Numbered from the stretch's first letter, positions 35,372-44,321 are shown. The stretch: 64,000 bases of DNA from Acetobacteraceae bacterium (GCA_965199665.1 OZ241208.1:3788326-3852325); one strand, 5' to 3'. Made by a program: numbers and translations. The notes: generated by a model from the sequence alone, not told the origin.

Positions 35372-36420
35372 GCTGAATAGCAACGCCCAATTCAGGCGTT
35401 CAACAGACGCAAGCTCAGCGGCTCCCTTCGCAGAGATGATGCAAAAGTTCCCTGTCGCAGTACTTTGGCTCAGAGTTTCTGAGCGCATTGGGCATCGACG
35501 AACTATGGTTGGCTCGGATACATTCTAAGAATGATGTGGCTCGTACGAAAGCTGTTGAAATTAGACTCACCAATCACGGTTTCAGATTGGTTTTACCAAC
35601 GGATAGTTGGGAATTGGCCATGGATCGCGGCGACATTTGGCAGTGTCGGCATGGCCTATTTGGCAAGATTAAGCGATTGGATGCAACCATGGGGAGCAGT
35701 GGGATGGGCCTCTGTGGGATTGTTTTTTTTCGCCCTAATCGGGCTGACCCTCGCAACGATCTACCGATTATACGCTGGTGCACTTCAGCGCATTCAATCC
35801 TCTAAGACAATGAAGAACATGTCGGAAAATATTAAGGGGGTGAACCCGCTCCGGGAAAGCTTTGAGAACGAGAAAGTGTCTATATCGGACTTCTATACAC
35901 CCATTCAAACTCTGTATAAACGGAAAACGTTTCGAAACTGCGATTTTTATGGGCCTGGCGCCCTGCTTTTCTTCTCTAGATGTAATATTGACTCTCCATC
36001 AATATTCCGTACTGACTTTATAGTGATTGGAGAGGGCTACTTTGCCTCACCAATCGGGTTCGAAGATAGCTCATTCTATGACTGCAGATTTTATGGAATT
36101 ACATTGTTGATGAACGCTGGTATGGCTCAAGCTATTCGAGTGGCGACCAAGCGTGAAGGCTCGCAAATGCCACCATTTCATGGTCTGCCTGTAACTGAAT
36201 GAGTCTTAAACCTCGCGTGAGATGTTCTTACAGGAGATCTACCTACACATTTTAAATGAGAAACATCTTGCAATACACTTTTGATTACCTAGCCTTCAAT
36301 CCTCTTGATCGGATCAGAAACGTTGGAAAGTTTAACACTGGATCTTTTTTCTTGCGCTTAAGAGTTGAATGCTTGATTTGCAAGAGAAACGCGATCGACT
36401 AGTTGACACGGTCACGCCTC
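35372..36420. other. Low-GC genomic islet (about 1.05 kb)
   Basis: Base composition changes abruptly at the base after the ATPase stop (35369-35371) and recovers ~30 bp before the next gene's RBS. A hand count of the first 60 nt of the internal ORF gives 26 G+C, versus about 70% in the flanks. It holds one ORF plus ~160 bp upstream and ~220 bp downstream of AT-rich non-coding DNA. Confidence 0.85.
35531..36202 (+). CDS. Orphan two-TM membrane protein with a C-terminal domain carrying two F-x-(N/D)-C-x-F-Y-G motifs
   Basis: A 672-nt open frame in AT-rich DNA, where stops are frequent, argues for real coding. Two hydrophobic helices are present (WPWIAATFGSVGMAYLARL; GAVGWASVGLFFFALIGLTLATIYRLY). 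The soluble C-terminal part contains TFRNCDFYGPGALLFFSRCNI and FEDSSFYDCRFYGITLL, reminiscent of pentapeptide-repeat cap sequences. No clear SD is present, and ATG ATG forms a tandem start. Confidence 0.6.
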   Translation: MMWLVRKLLKLDSPITVSDWFYQRIVGNWPWIAATFGSVGMAYLARLSDWMQPWGAVGWASVGLFFFALIGLTLATIYRLYAGALQRIQSSKTMKNMSENIKGVNPLRESFENEKVSISDFYTPIQTLYKRKTFRNCDFYGPGALLFFSRCNIDSPSIFRTDFIVIGEGYFASPIGFEDSSFYDCRFYGITLLMNAGMAQAIRVATKREGSQMPPFHGLPVTE

Positions 36421-36432
36421 ACTTCCTTTAAC
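36403..36432 (+). promoter_or_regulatory. Possible sigma-70-like promoter for the 36453 operon
   Basis: TTGACA (36403-36408), 18 nt, then TTTAAC (36427-36432), about 20 nt upstream of ATG 36453. This is pattern match only, and alphaproteobacterial promoters are poorly predicted this way. Confidence 0.25.
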
Positions 36433-36452
36433 GGCCGTGACAGGAGCGGTTC

Positions 36453-36695
36453 ATGGCATCGACCACCCAGATCATCTATCAACCCTACGTCGCGGGTCCG
36501 CGCGGGACGCTCAAGCCGGGCCAAGCCATCGCCTGCCGCACGGCCGAGGACGGGTTGCGCCGGGCCGAGCGCGCGCTGAGCGGCGGCTCCATCCTGGGCG
36601 CGCAGGTCGTGCGCATGATCCATGACGACGATGCCGGCGAGTTCGGCGACCCGCAATACCTGGGCACCGTCGGCCGGGTGCCCGAGCCCGAGTGA
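36453..36695 (+). CDS. Small hypothetical protein (80 aa)
   Basis: AGGAG lies 7 nt before ATG. The composition is sensible (MASTTQIIYQPYVAGPRGTLKPGQAIACRTAEDGLRRAERAL…). Its stop overlaps a candidate GTG start of the next gene (GTGA). Confidence 0.5.
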   Translation: MASTTQIIYQPYVAGPRGTLKPGQAIACRTAEDGLRRAERALSGGSILGAQVVRMIHDDDAGEFGDPQYLGTVGRVPEPE

Positions 36696-37465
36696 GCGCC
36701 CCAGCCATGAGTTCGGCCCGGTTCGACCTGTCCGGCAAGGTCGCCGTGGTCACCGGTGGGGGGCGCGGGCTCGGCCGCGCGATCGCGCGTGGGCTGCGGG
36801 AGGCCGGCGCGACCGTCGTGCTGGCGGGCCGCACCGCCGCCACGCTGGAAGCCGTCGCCGCCGAGCTGGGGCCGGACAGCCTGGTCCATGTCGGCGACGT
36901 CGCCGTGGAAGCCGACGTGATCGCGTTGCGTGACGCGGCGATGGAGCGGTTCGGGCGGGTGGACGTGCTGGTCAACAATGCCGGCGTCAACCCGATCTAC
37001 AAGGGCATCGAGACGACCTCGCTCGAGGAATGGCAGCACATCCTGGGCGTCAACCTGACCGGCGCCTTTCTGTGCTGCAAGTATCTCGGCGGCGCGATGG
37101 CGCAGGCCGGAAGCGGCTCGGTGATCACGGTCAGTTCGGTCGCGGGGCACGCCGGATTGCGCCGCTCCGTCCCGTATTGCGCGAGCAAGGGCGGCGCGGA
37201 GCTGATGACCAAGGCGCTGGCACTGGACTGGGCGCGCAAGGGCGTGCGGGTCAACTGCATCGCCCCCGGCTACTTCGAGACCGACCTGACCGCCGGCATG
37301 ATCGCCAACGAGGCGCTCTCCAGCCGCCTGCTGGGCCAGACACCGATGGGCCGGTTCGGCCGCGACGACGACCTGGTGGGCGCCGCCGTGTTCCTGGCCA
37401 GCGACGCCAGCGCGTACGTGACCGGCCAGAGCCTGGTGGTGGACGGCGGATACCTGGCCGCCTGA
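36692..37465 (+). CDS. SDR-family oxidoreductase
   Basis: TGGGRGLGRAIA (cofactor-binding motif), NNAG, and the S…YCASK catalytic motif are present. The start is GTG 36692 or ATG 36707. Confidence 0.85.
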   Translation: MSAPAMSSARFDLSGKVAVVTGGGRGLGRAIARGLREAGATVVLAGRTAATLEAVAAELGPDSLVHVGDVAVEADVIALRDAAMERFGRVDVLVNNAGVNPIYKGIETTSLEEWQHILGVNLTGAFLCCKYLGGAMAQAGSGSVITVSSVAGHAGLRRSVPYCASKGGAELMTKALALDWARKGVRVNCIAPGYFETDLTAGMIANEALSSRLLGQTPMGRFGRDDDLVGAAVFLASDASAYVTGQSLVVDGGYLAA

Positions 37466-37501
37466 ACGCAACTCCGGCGGGCCCGACGCGATGGGCTCCG
37501 C

Positions 37502-38596
37502 ATGAAAGCAGACCGCAAAATCAGATACGCCGTGGTCGGCGCCGGCTGGATCAGCCAAGCCGCCTTCATGCCGGGCGTCAAAGCCACCGGCAACTCCGTC
37601 CTGTCCGCGGTCGTGACGGGCGACAGCAGCAAGGCCGAGGAGCTCGGCCGGCGCTACGGTATCGAGCGCGCCTACCATTACGACGCCTATCTGGCCGCGC
37701 TCGAGAGCCGCAGCTTCGACGCGATCTACCTCGCTTTGCCGAACGATCAGCACCGGCAGTTCGCGGTGCCGGCGCTGGAGCGCGGCATCCACGTCCTGCT
37801 GGAGAAGCCGATGGCGACCAGCGAAGAGGATTGCCGCGCCATCAACGACGCCGCCCGCCGTGGCCGCGCCAAGCTGATGATCGCCTACCGGCTGCATTTC
37901 GAGCCCGGCACGCTGGAGGCGATCCGGATCGCGCAAAGCGGCGCGCTGGGCCGGGTCTCGCTATTTGCCTCGACGTTCACGCAGCCGATCGATGCGGGCA
38001 ACCACCGGGCGCAGAACGGCTATTGGTCCGGCCCGGTGCCGGACATGGGCACCTACCCGATCAACGCCGTCCGCAACCTGTTCCGCGCCGAGCCGACCGA
38101 GATCATGGCCTGGGGTACGGAAACGCTCGGCTTCGGCTTCCACGACACCGTCAGCGTCACCATGCGCTTCCCCGAGGACCGGCTGGCGCAGTTCACCGTC
38201 GCCTATGGGCTGAACGACGCGGACGAGTACCGCGTCGTGGGCGACGAGGGGACGCTGCGGGTCAGCCCCGGCTTCACCCTCTCCGAGGGGCTGCGCCACG
38301 CGCTGACGCGGGACGGCAGCACCACGGAGACCGCGTTCCGTGCCGTCGACCAGTTCGCGGGCCAGACCGCCTACTTCTCCGATTGCATCCTCGAAGACCG
38401 CGACCCCGAGCCGGATGGCGAGGAAGGCCTGCTCGACATCCGCGTGCTGTGCGCGATCGAGCGGGCCTTGGCGACCGGGCGCGCGCAGGAGCTGAGCCCG
38501 GCGTTCCGCAGCAAGCGTCCGCTCGGCGACCAGTCCACGGATTTCCCGCCCGCGGCCAAGCCGGACCTCGTCAACGCGGCGCCGCCGGCGGGCTAG
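37502..38596 (+). CDS. Gfo/Idh/MocA-family oxidoreductase
   Basis: IRYAVVGAGWISQAAFMPG (Rossmann) and HVLLEKPMA (EKP motif) are present, with a glucose-fructose-oxidoreductase-like length. Confidence 0.85.
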   Translation: MKADRKIRYAVVGAGWISQAAFMPGVKATGNSVLSAVVTGDSSKAEELGRRYGIERAYHYDAYLAALESRSFDAIYLALPNDQHRQFAVPALERGIHVLLEKPMATSEEDCRAINDAARRGRAKLMIAYRLHFEPGTLEAIRIAQSGALGRVSLFASTFTQPIDAGNHRAQNGYWSGPVPDMGTYPINAVRNLFRAEPTEIMAWGTETLGFGFHDTVSVTMRFPEDRLAQFTVAYGLNDADEYRVVGDEGTLRVSPGFTLSEGLRHALTRDGSTTETAFRAVDQFAGQTAYFSDCILEDRDPEPDGEEGLLDIRVLCAIERALATGRAQELSPAFRSKRPLGDQSTDFPPAAKPDLVNAAPPAG

Positions 38597-38646
38597 ATTT
38601 CCCTGCCGAAAGACGGAAAACTGAAACAGTAAAGGGAGGACAAAAA

Positions 38647-39369
38647 ATGGCACGAGTCGCACTCGTCACCGGCGGAACGCGCGGAATCGGCGAAGCCATC
38701 AGCACGGCGTTGCACGAGGCTGGCCGCAAGGTGGTGGCCAGCTACGCGGGCAACGACGCCGCCGCCAAATCATTCACCGACGCCACCGGCATCCCGACGA
38801 TCAAGTTCGACGCCGGCAACTACGAAGCCTGCGACGACGCCGTCAAGCAGATCGAGTCCGAGCACGGCCCGATCGAGATCCTGGTCAACAATGCCGGCAT
38901 CACCCGCGACTCCACCATCGCCAAGCAGACCCGGCAGATGTGGGACGAGGTCATCGATACCAATCTCGGCTCCTGCTTCAACCTCTGCAAACTGACCTTC
39001 GAGGGCATGCGCGCCGCCAAGTTCGGCCGCATCGTCAACATCGGCAGCATCAACGGCCAGGCCGGCCAGTATGGCCAGGTCAACTACGCCGCGGCCAAGT
39101 CGGGCATCCACGGCTTCACCAAGGCGCTCGCCCAGGAAGGCGCCCGCTTCGGCATCACGGTCAACGCCATTGCGCCGGGCTACGTGGACACCGAGATGGT
39201 CCGCGCCGTCCCGCCCGACGTATTGCAGAAGATCGTCGCCCGCATCCCGCGCGGGCGTCTCGGCCAGGCCGCCGACATCGCCCGCGGCGTCTGCTTCCTG
39301 ACCGCGGACGATGGCGACTTCATCACCGGGTCGACGCTGTCGATCAACGGTGGCCAGCACATGTATTGA
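38647..39369 (+). CDS. phbB: Acetoacetyl-CoA reductase
   Basis: AGGGAGG precedes ATG 38647. MARVALVTGGTRGIGEAIS…NNAGITRD…NYAAAKSGIHGFTKALAQE…TVNAIAPGYVDTEM…GSTLSINGGQHMY closely matches PhaB/PhbB as I remember it. Confidence 0.8.
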   Translation: MARVALVTGGTRGIGEAISTALHEAGRKVVASYAGNDAAAKSFTDATGIPTIKFDAGNYEACDDAVKQIESEHGPIEILVNNAGITRDSTIAKQTRQMWDEVIDTNLGSCFNLCKLTFEGMRAAKFGRIVNIGSINGQAGQYGQVNYAAAKSGIHGFTKALAQEGARFGITVNAIAPGYVDTEMVRAVPPDVLQKIVARIPRGRLGQAADIARGVCFLTADDGDFITGSTLSINGGQHMY

Positions 39370-39384
39370 CGCGGCCGCCTCGGC

Positions 39385-39408
39385 GCCCTCTCCCGCCCGG
39401 GAGAGGGC
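39385..39408 (+). terminator. GC-rich hairpin after phbB (no T-tract)
   Basis: gCCCTCTCCCG cc CGGGAGAGGGc is a perfect 11-bp inverted repeat starting 16 nt after the phbB stop. It shares the CCCTCTCCCGG core with the element in the crtE-crtF spacer. Confidence 0.4.
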
Positions 39409-39426
39409 ACAGCAAGGAGACAACAT

Positions 39427-40116
39427 TTGAGCTTCGTCATCGACCCGGCGCCGACCCCCTCCGTGGCCGTCGCCGGCACCGCCGACCGCTTCCCCGTCCG
39501 CCGCATCTTCTGCGTCGGCCGCAACTACGCCGCCCATGCCCGCGAGATGGGCAAGGACCCGGACCGCGAGCCGCCCTTCTTCTTCCTCAAGCCGGCCGAC
39601 GCCGTGGTCGATGATGGCTCGACCATCCCCTACCCGCCCGAGACGTCCAACCTGCATTACGAGGCCGAGCTGATCGTCGCCATCGGCACCGCCGGCACCG
39701 ACATCGATCCGGCTGACGCCCTCGACCATGTCTGGGGCTACGGCATCGGCCTCGACATGACCCGGCGGGACCTGCAGAACGCCGCCAAGGACCTCGGACG
39801 CCCCTGGGATTGGGGCAAGGGCTTCGACCGCTCGGCGCCGATCGGCCCGCTCCACAAGGTGGCTGATGTCGGGCACATCGCGTCCGGCCGCATCTGGCTC
39901 GCCGTGGATGGAACGATCAAGCAGGACAGCGACATCGACAAGCTGATCTGGCCGATCCCCGACGTGATCAGCATCGCGTCGCGCTCCATGGAGCTGCGGC
40001 CCGGCGACCTCATCATGACCGGCACACCCGAGGGCGTGGGCGCGGTCAAGCCCGGCCAGACCATGACGGTGGGCATCGACGGGCTCGGCGAGATCCGGAT
40101 CGCCATCGCGGGATAA
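39427..40116 (+). CDS. Fumarylacetoacetate hydrolase (FAH) family protein
   Basis: AAGGAG precedes TTG 39427. Translation: RIFCVGRNYAAHAREMG…PFFFLKP…YEAELIVAIG…GYGIGLDMTRRDLQ…WGKGFD…PGDLIMTGTPEGVG. Confidence 0.85.
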   Translation: MSFVIDPAPTPSVAVAGTADRFPVRRIFCVGRNYAAHAREMGKDPDREPPFFFLKPADAVVDDGSTIPYPPETSNLHYEAELIVAIGTAGTDIDPADALDHVWGYGIGLDMTRRDLQNAAKDLGRPWDWGKGFDRSAPIGPLHKVADVGHIASGRIWLAVDGTIKQDSDIDKLIWPIPDVISIASRSMELRPGDLIMTGTPEGVGAVKPGQTMTVGIDGLGEIRIAIAG

Positions 40117-40187
40117 CGCCCTCCGACCCGGCGGCGATCGTGACGGGAGCGATGTGACGGGCTCTTAGTTTGAGCTATGCTGCCCGT

Positions 40188-42095
40188 ATGCAACCCACCC
40201 GTGTCACCGCCGCCGAAACACCCCGCAGCAGCGACGCGCTCGCCCTACAGGTGGGCGTGGTCGCGGTCGCAGCTCTCTACCTCGCGCGCGAGGTACTGAT
40301 CCCGATCACGCTGGCGATCCTGCTATCCTTCCTGCTCGCGCCGGTGGTCCACCTGCTGCGCCGGTTCCTGCCGCGCGTGCCGGCCGTGTTGCTCGCGGTC
40401 ATGCTGGCGCTGGGGTTCATCACCGCGATCGGCACGCTGATCGGCATGCAGGTGGCGAGCCTGGCGCCGAACATCCCGGCCTATGCCGAGCAGGTGGAAA
40501 AGAAGTTCGGCGCTGCCCAGAGCTACGTGACCAGCCACTTCGCGCAGGTGCTCGGCCCGCTGAGCGGCGGCGGCGAGACCAAACCGGCCGCGCCCGACAC
40601 CGCGCCCACCCCCGGCAACACGCCGGAGCCGACCACCGTCGTGGTGCGCCAGCCCACGCCGACGCCGCTGCAGATGGCCGAACGGATTCTCGACCCACTC
40701 GCCACCCCGCTCTCCACCGCGGCCATCGTGTTCATCTTCAACGTGTTCATCCTGTTGCAGCGGGAGGATCTGCGGGATCGGCTGATCCGCCTGATCGGCT
40801 CCGGCGACCTGCATCGCACCACGGTGGCGATGGACGATGCCGGGCGGCGCCTGTCGCGCTATTTCCTCGCCCAGGCCGGGCTGAACCTGGTGTTCGGCAT
40901 CGTGATCGGCGCCGGGCTGTGGATGATCGGGGTGCCCTCGCCGCTGCTCTGGGGCGTGTTGAGCAGCCTGCTCCGCTTCGTGCCGTACGTCGGGCCGGTA
41001 CTGGCGGCGGGGCTGCCCATGGCGCTGGCGGCGGGCGTTTCGCCGGGCTGGGAGCTGGTGGCCTGGACCGCGGGGCTGTTCCTGATCGTGGAAGCCGTGA
41101 CCGGGCAAGTGGTCGAGCCGCTTCTGTATGGGCATTCGACCGGCCTCTCGCCGTTCGCCGTCGTCGTGGCCGCCACCTTCTGGACCTGGTTGTGGGGGCC
41201 CATCGGCCTGCTGCTCTCCACCCCGCTCACGCTGTGCCTCGTCGTGATCGGGCGACACGTCAAGCGGCTCGAGTTCCTCGACGTGCTGCTCGGCGACCGC
41301 CCGGCGCTGACGCCGATCGAGAGCTTTTACCAGCGCATGCTCGCCGGCGACCCGGACGAGGCGGAGGAGCAGGCCGAGGCGATCCTGCAGGCGACCTCGC
41401 TCACCTCCTACTATGACGACGTCGCGCTGAAGGGGCTGCAGCTGGCCGCCAACGACCTCAGCCGCGGCGTGCTGAACGAGGCGCAGATGGAGCGGGTCAA
41501 GGAGACCATCCAGCTTCTCGTCCGCGACCTCGACGGGCACGAGGACGTCGAGAAGCATCCCACTGCCGAGCAGCGCAACGACCTGCTCTCGCCCGCCGGC
41601 GCCGACGACGAGGAGAAGGCACCCACGCCCGTGCCCGGCCAGGCGCCGCCGGAGAACGAACTGCCGCCGCCCTGGTGCAAGCCGACGGCGATCATGTGCC
41701 TGGCCGGTCGCGGCCCGCTCGACGAAGCCGCCTCGAGCCTGCTGTGCCAATTGCTGCGGAAGCATGGCCTCGGCGCCACCGTGATCCGCTACCAGGACGC
41801 GTCGCGCGGCCGCATCGAGCAGCTCGACGTGACGGACACGGCGATGGTCTGCGTCAGCTATCTCGAGATCACCGGCAACCCGTCACACCTGCGCTACCTG
41901 CTCGACCGGCTGCATCGCCGGTTGCCGGGCGTGCCATTGCTGGTCGGGCTTTGGCCGGCGAACGAGGCGGTGCTGTCGGACAAGTCGGTCGCGAAGGCGG
42001 TCGGCGCCGATTACTACACCACGTCGCTGCACGACACGGTGGAGGCTTGCCTTGCCGAAGCGCGCAAGACGGCGGGCCTCGAGCAAGCGGCCTGA
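40188..42095 (+). CDS. AI-2E (PerM/YhhT) family transporter with ~260-aa C-terminal cytoplasmic extension
   Basis: The N-terminal ~375 aa is a typical AI-2E core (LAREVLIPITLAILLSFLLAPVV…LRFVPYVGPVLA…VEPLLYGHSTGLSPFAVVVA…WLWGPIGLLLSTPLT). The extension from ~41316 has an acidic linker and then a beta-alpha-beta-like segment (IMCLAGRGPLDEAASSLLCQLLRKHGLGATVI…MVCVSYLE…PLLVGLW). Confidence 0.8.
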   Translation: MQPTRVTAAETPRSSDALALQVGVVAVAALYLAREVLIPITLAILLSFLLAPVVHLLRRFLPRVPAVLLAVMLALGFITAIGTLIGMQVASLAPNIPAYAEQVEKKFGAAQSYVTSHFAQVLGPLSGGGETKPAAPDTAPTPGNTPEPTTVVVRQPTPTPLQMAERILDPLATPLSTAAIVFIFNVFILLQREDLRDRLIRLIGSGDLHRTTVAMDDAGRRLSRYFLAQAGLNLVFGIVIGAGLWMIGVPSPLLWGVLSSLLRFVPYVGPVLAAGLPMALAAGVSPGWELVAWTAGLFLIVEAVTGQVVEPLLYGHSTGLSPFAVVVAATFWTWLWGPIGLLLSTPLTLCLVVIGRHVKRLEFLDVLLGDRPALTPIESFYQRMLAGDPDEAEEQAEAILQATSLTSYYDDVALKGLQLAANDLSRGVLNEAQMERVKETIQLLVRDLDGHEDVEKHPTAEQRNDLLSPAGADDEEKAPTPVPGQAPPENELPPPWCKPTAIMCLAGRGPLDEAASSLLCQLLRKHGLGATVIRYQDASRGRIEQLDVTDTAMVCVSYLEITGNPSHLRYLLDRLHRRLPGVPLLVGLWPANEAVLSDKSVAKAVGADYYTTSLHDTVEACLAEARKTAGLEQAA

Positions 42096-42100
42096 GCGAG

Positions 42101-42127
42101 CCCGCCCCGGGGCGAACCCGGGGCGGG
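42101..42127. terminator. Bidirectional GC hairpin between convergent genes
   Basis: CCCGCCCCGGG gcgaa CCCGGGGCGGG is an 11-bp perfect stem. It lies between the AI-2E stop (42093-42095) and the cytochrome gene stop (42134-42136). Confidence 0.5.
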
Positions 42128-42133
42128 ATGGCG

Positions 42134-43153
42134 TTACTTGCCGGGGACGGGAACCGGGGTGGCGGCCAGGGTGCGCAGATAGTCGATGATGTCGGCGCGG
42201 TCCTTCGGGTTGGCGACGCCGACGAAGGTCATCTTGGTGCCCGGGGCGTAGGCGGCCGGCTTGGTCAGCCACTCGTCGAGCTGGGTGAAGTCCCAGTTGC
42301 CGGTCTTGGACTTCAGCGCGTTGGAGAACGCGTAGCCGTCCTTCTCGCCGATCTTGGTGTTGACCACGCCATACAGGTTCGGCCCGATGCCGTTACGGCC
42401 GCCCTCGTTGAACGAGTGGCAAGCGACGCAGCCGAGCTTCTTGGTGTCGGCCTCGCCGGCCTTCGGGTCGGCGGCGGCCAGACGCTCCGCGATCGGCTGG
42501 ACGGCACCGCCGGTGCCGCCGCCCGGATTGGCGTTCGGCTGCGCGCCGCCATTGGCCGAGGTGCCGCCGGTCGCCGGGTTTGCGGGGGCGGCGTTGCTGG
42601 CCGCGACGGCCTCGACGGGCGGCTTGGCCTTCGGGTCGTCCGACAGGGTGCGGAGGTATTCGATGATGTCGGCGCGCTTCTTGGGGTCCGCCAGCCCGGC
42701 GTAGCTCATCTTTGTGCCGGGCGCGTAGGCGCTGGGCTTGGTGAGCCACTCGTTCAGCTCCTGGTAATTCCAGGGGCCTTCCTTGCCCTTCAGCGCGGCG
42801 GAATAGACGAAGCCTTCCGAATGCCCGTGCACGTTGCCGACCGTGTTGTAGAGGTTCGGACCAACCCCGTTCTTGCCGCCCTTGGTGAAGCTGTGGCACG
42901 CGACGCAGCCCTGCGCCTTGACCAGGCCCTCTCCGTCCGACGCGGACGCGGAGGCCATCAGCACGCCGATCGGCGGCTCCGGCGCGGCGGTGCTGGCCAC
43001 GGGCGCGGCGCCCGGTTCGGCCGGAATGGCGATGTGCGGCTTGTGCGGCACTTCCGGGTCGACCAGGGCGCGCCCGACCAGGCCGGAACCCACGAACGCA
43101 ATACCGGCGACCAGAACGGCGGCGGCGGCTTTGTTGAGTTCGAGGCTATCCAT
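42134..43153 (-). CDS. Membrane-anchored dihaem c-type cytochrome (two tandem cytochrome c2/cy-like domains)
   Basis: GGAGA lies ~10 nt before ATG (complement 43151-43153). The anchor is MDSLELNKAAAAVLVAGIAFVGSGLVG. There are two CVACH haem motifs, each followed by GPNLY…, and two …APGTKM… segments (sixth-ligand Met). An Ala/Pro/Gly-rich linker joins the domains. Confidence 0.8.
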   Translation of the reverse strand: MDSLELNKAAAAVLVAGIAFVGSGLVGRALVDPEVPHKPHIAIPAEPGAAPVASTAAPEPPIGVLMASASASDGEGLVKAQGCVACHSFTKGGKNGVGPNLYNTVGNVHGHSEGFVYSAALKGKEGPWNYQELNEWLTKPSAYAPGTKMSYAGLADPKKRADIIEYLRTLSDDPKAKPPVEAVAASNAAPANPATGGTSANGGAQPNANPGGGTGGAVQPIAERLAAADPKAGEADTKKLGCVACHSFNEGGRNGIGPNLYGVVNTKIGEKDGYAFSNALKSKTGNWDFTQLDEWLTKPAAYAPGTKMTFVGVANPKDRADIIDYLRTLAATPVPVPGK

Positions 43154-43262
43154 GGGTGGCGGTCTCCGGCACGGTACTGCAGCTTCAATTGCCCTGCCTG
43201 TCGGCCCTGTCAATCGGGGAAGCGCGAATACCGTGCGGAGGTGATGTCTCGGCTGGCCTTGC

Positions 43263-44321
43263 CTATTGCGGCTTCGGCGCAGCCGCGACCAGCGTGGTCG
43301 GGCCCTGGAGCTCCGGATAGGTCTGCACCATGCTGACCCCGAACAGCGGCTTGTAGACGCCGTTGTGGCAGGTGGCGCAGTTGACCTTGGCCACGTCGCC
43401 GTGCGGCCCGAGCCGGGCGGCCGGGAACACGCCGGCCAGCGAGTTGAGGTACTCCCCGTTCAGGTTGCGCACCATGTCGATGCCGTACCAGGCCGTGACG
43501 CGCTGGGGCGAGCTCTGCGACCAGTCGCCGAAGGCGCGGCTGTTGTGGCAGTAGGTGCAGTTGACCCCCAACGACTGGGAGAAGTGGACCATGAGCGCGT
43601 AGGTCCATTCCGTCTGCTGGATGGAGTGCCGGTTGCCGGCCGGTAGCGCCGCTTCGGACTGCACCCGGATGTCGGCCGCGTTCTCCAGCATGGGGGTGAA
43701 GGGGTCGTACGGCAGCGAGCTGTTGTTGATCGCCGCGCTGGGGTGGCCCATGCCGCTGCTGGTCGCCGCCACGCCGCCGCCGAAGCGGTTGGGCAACGGA
43801 TCGGTGAACCAGATGTTGGCCGGCACCGGGTTGCCGCGATGGCAGGTGTAGCAGGTCACGCCGGTGGCCCCGACATGCGATTTGTAGTCGGCGTTGACGT
43901 GCTGGACCATCTGGATCATCCGGCGCGCCACGATCTTGGTGTAGTGGCTGTCCTCGGCCATGTTCGCCGTGTTGTGGCAGTAGGCGCAGCCGCCCTTGGG
44001 CGCCACCCAGGTGGTGATGGACGCCATCAGCCGGGTGAACTGTCCCACGCTGAGGTCGCCCAGCACCTGGACGTTCTTGTAAACCACGCCCGCCTTGGGG
44101 CCGGCCGCCGGTAGCTGCGGCAGGGAGGCCGGGATCTTATTGTCGGCGAGGTAGGCCCGCACCTCGCGGGGATTGTAGACCAGCCCCATCGCCACGCCGC
44201 GGAAGCCGCGCTGCACCGTCTCCGGCGCGGGCCGATCCATGGTGGACACGACGAGGATGGTGGTGAGCGCGGCCGCCACGACGGCGACCCCGGCCAGCGC
44301 CTGACCGACGCCGGGGATCAT
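43263..44321 (-). CDS. pufC: Photosynthetic reaction centre tetrahaem cytochrome subunit
   Basis: ATGA overlap with the pufM stop. Four CxxCH motifs are present (CAYCH, CYTCH, CTYCH, CATCH). The N-terminal hydrophobic anchor is [18 protein letters not shown], with no lipobox Cys. Confidence 0.9.
   Translation of the reverse strand: MIPGVGQALAGVAVVAAALTTILVVSTMDRPAPETVQRGFRGVAMGLVYNPREVRAYLADNKIPASLPQLPAAGPKAGVVYKNVQVLGDLSVGQFTRLMASITTWVAPKGGCAYCHNTANMAEDSHYTKIVARRMIQMVQHVNADYKSHVGATGVTCYTCHRGNPVPANIWFTDPLPNRFGGGVAATSSGMGHPSAAINNSSLPYDPFTPMLENAADIRVQSEAALPAGNRHSIQQTEWTYALMVHFSQSLGVNCTYCHNSRAFGDWSQSSPQRVTAWYGIDMVRNLNGEYLNSLAGVFPAARLGPHGDVAKVNCATCHNGVYKPLFGVSMVQTYPELQGPTTLVAAAPKPQ

Noticed and set aside
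35488-35805. 105-aa alternative ORF at the 5' end of the low-GC islet
   Set aside because: It overlaps the 223-codon ORF in another frame. It is much shorter and lacks the clean TM-helix pattern. I kept the longer frame.
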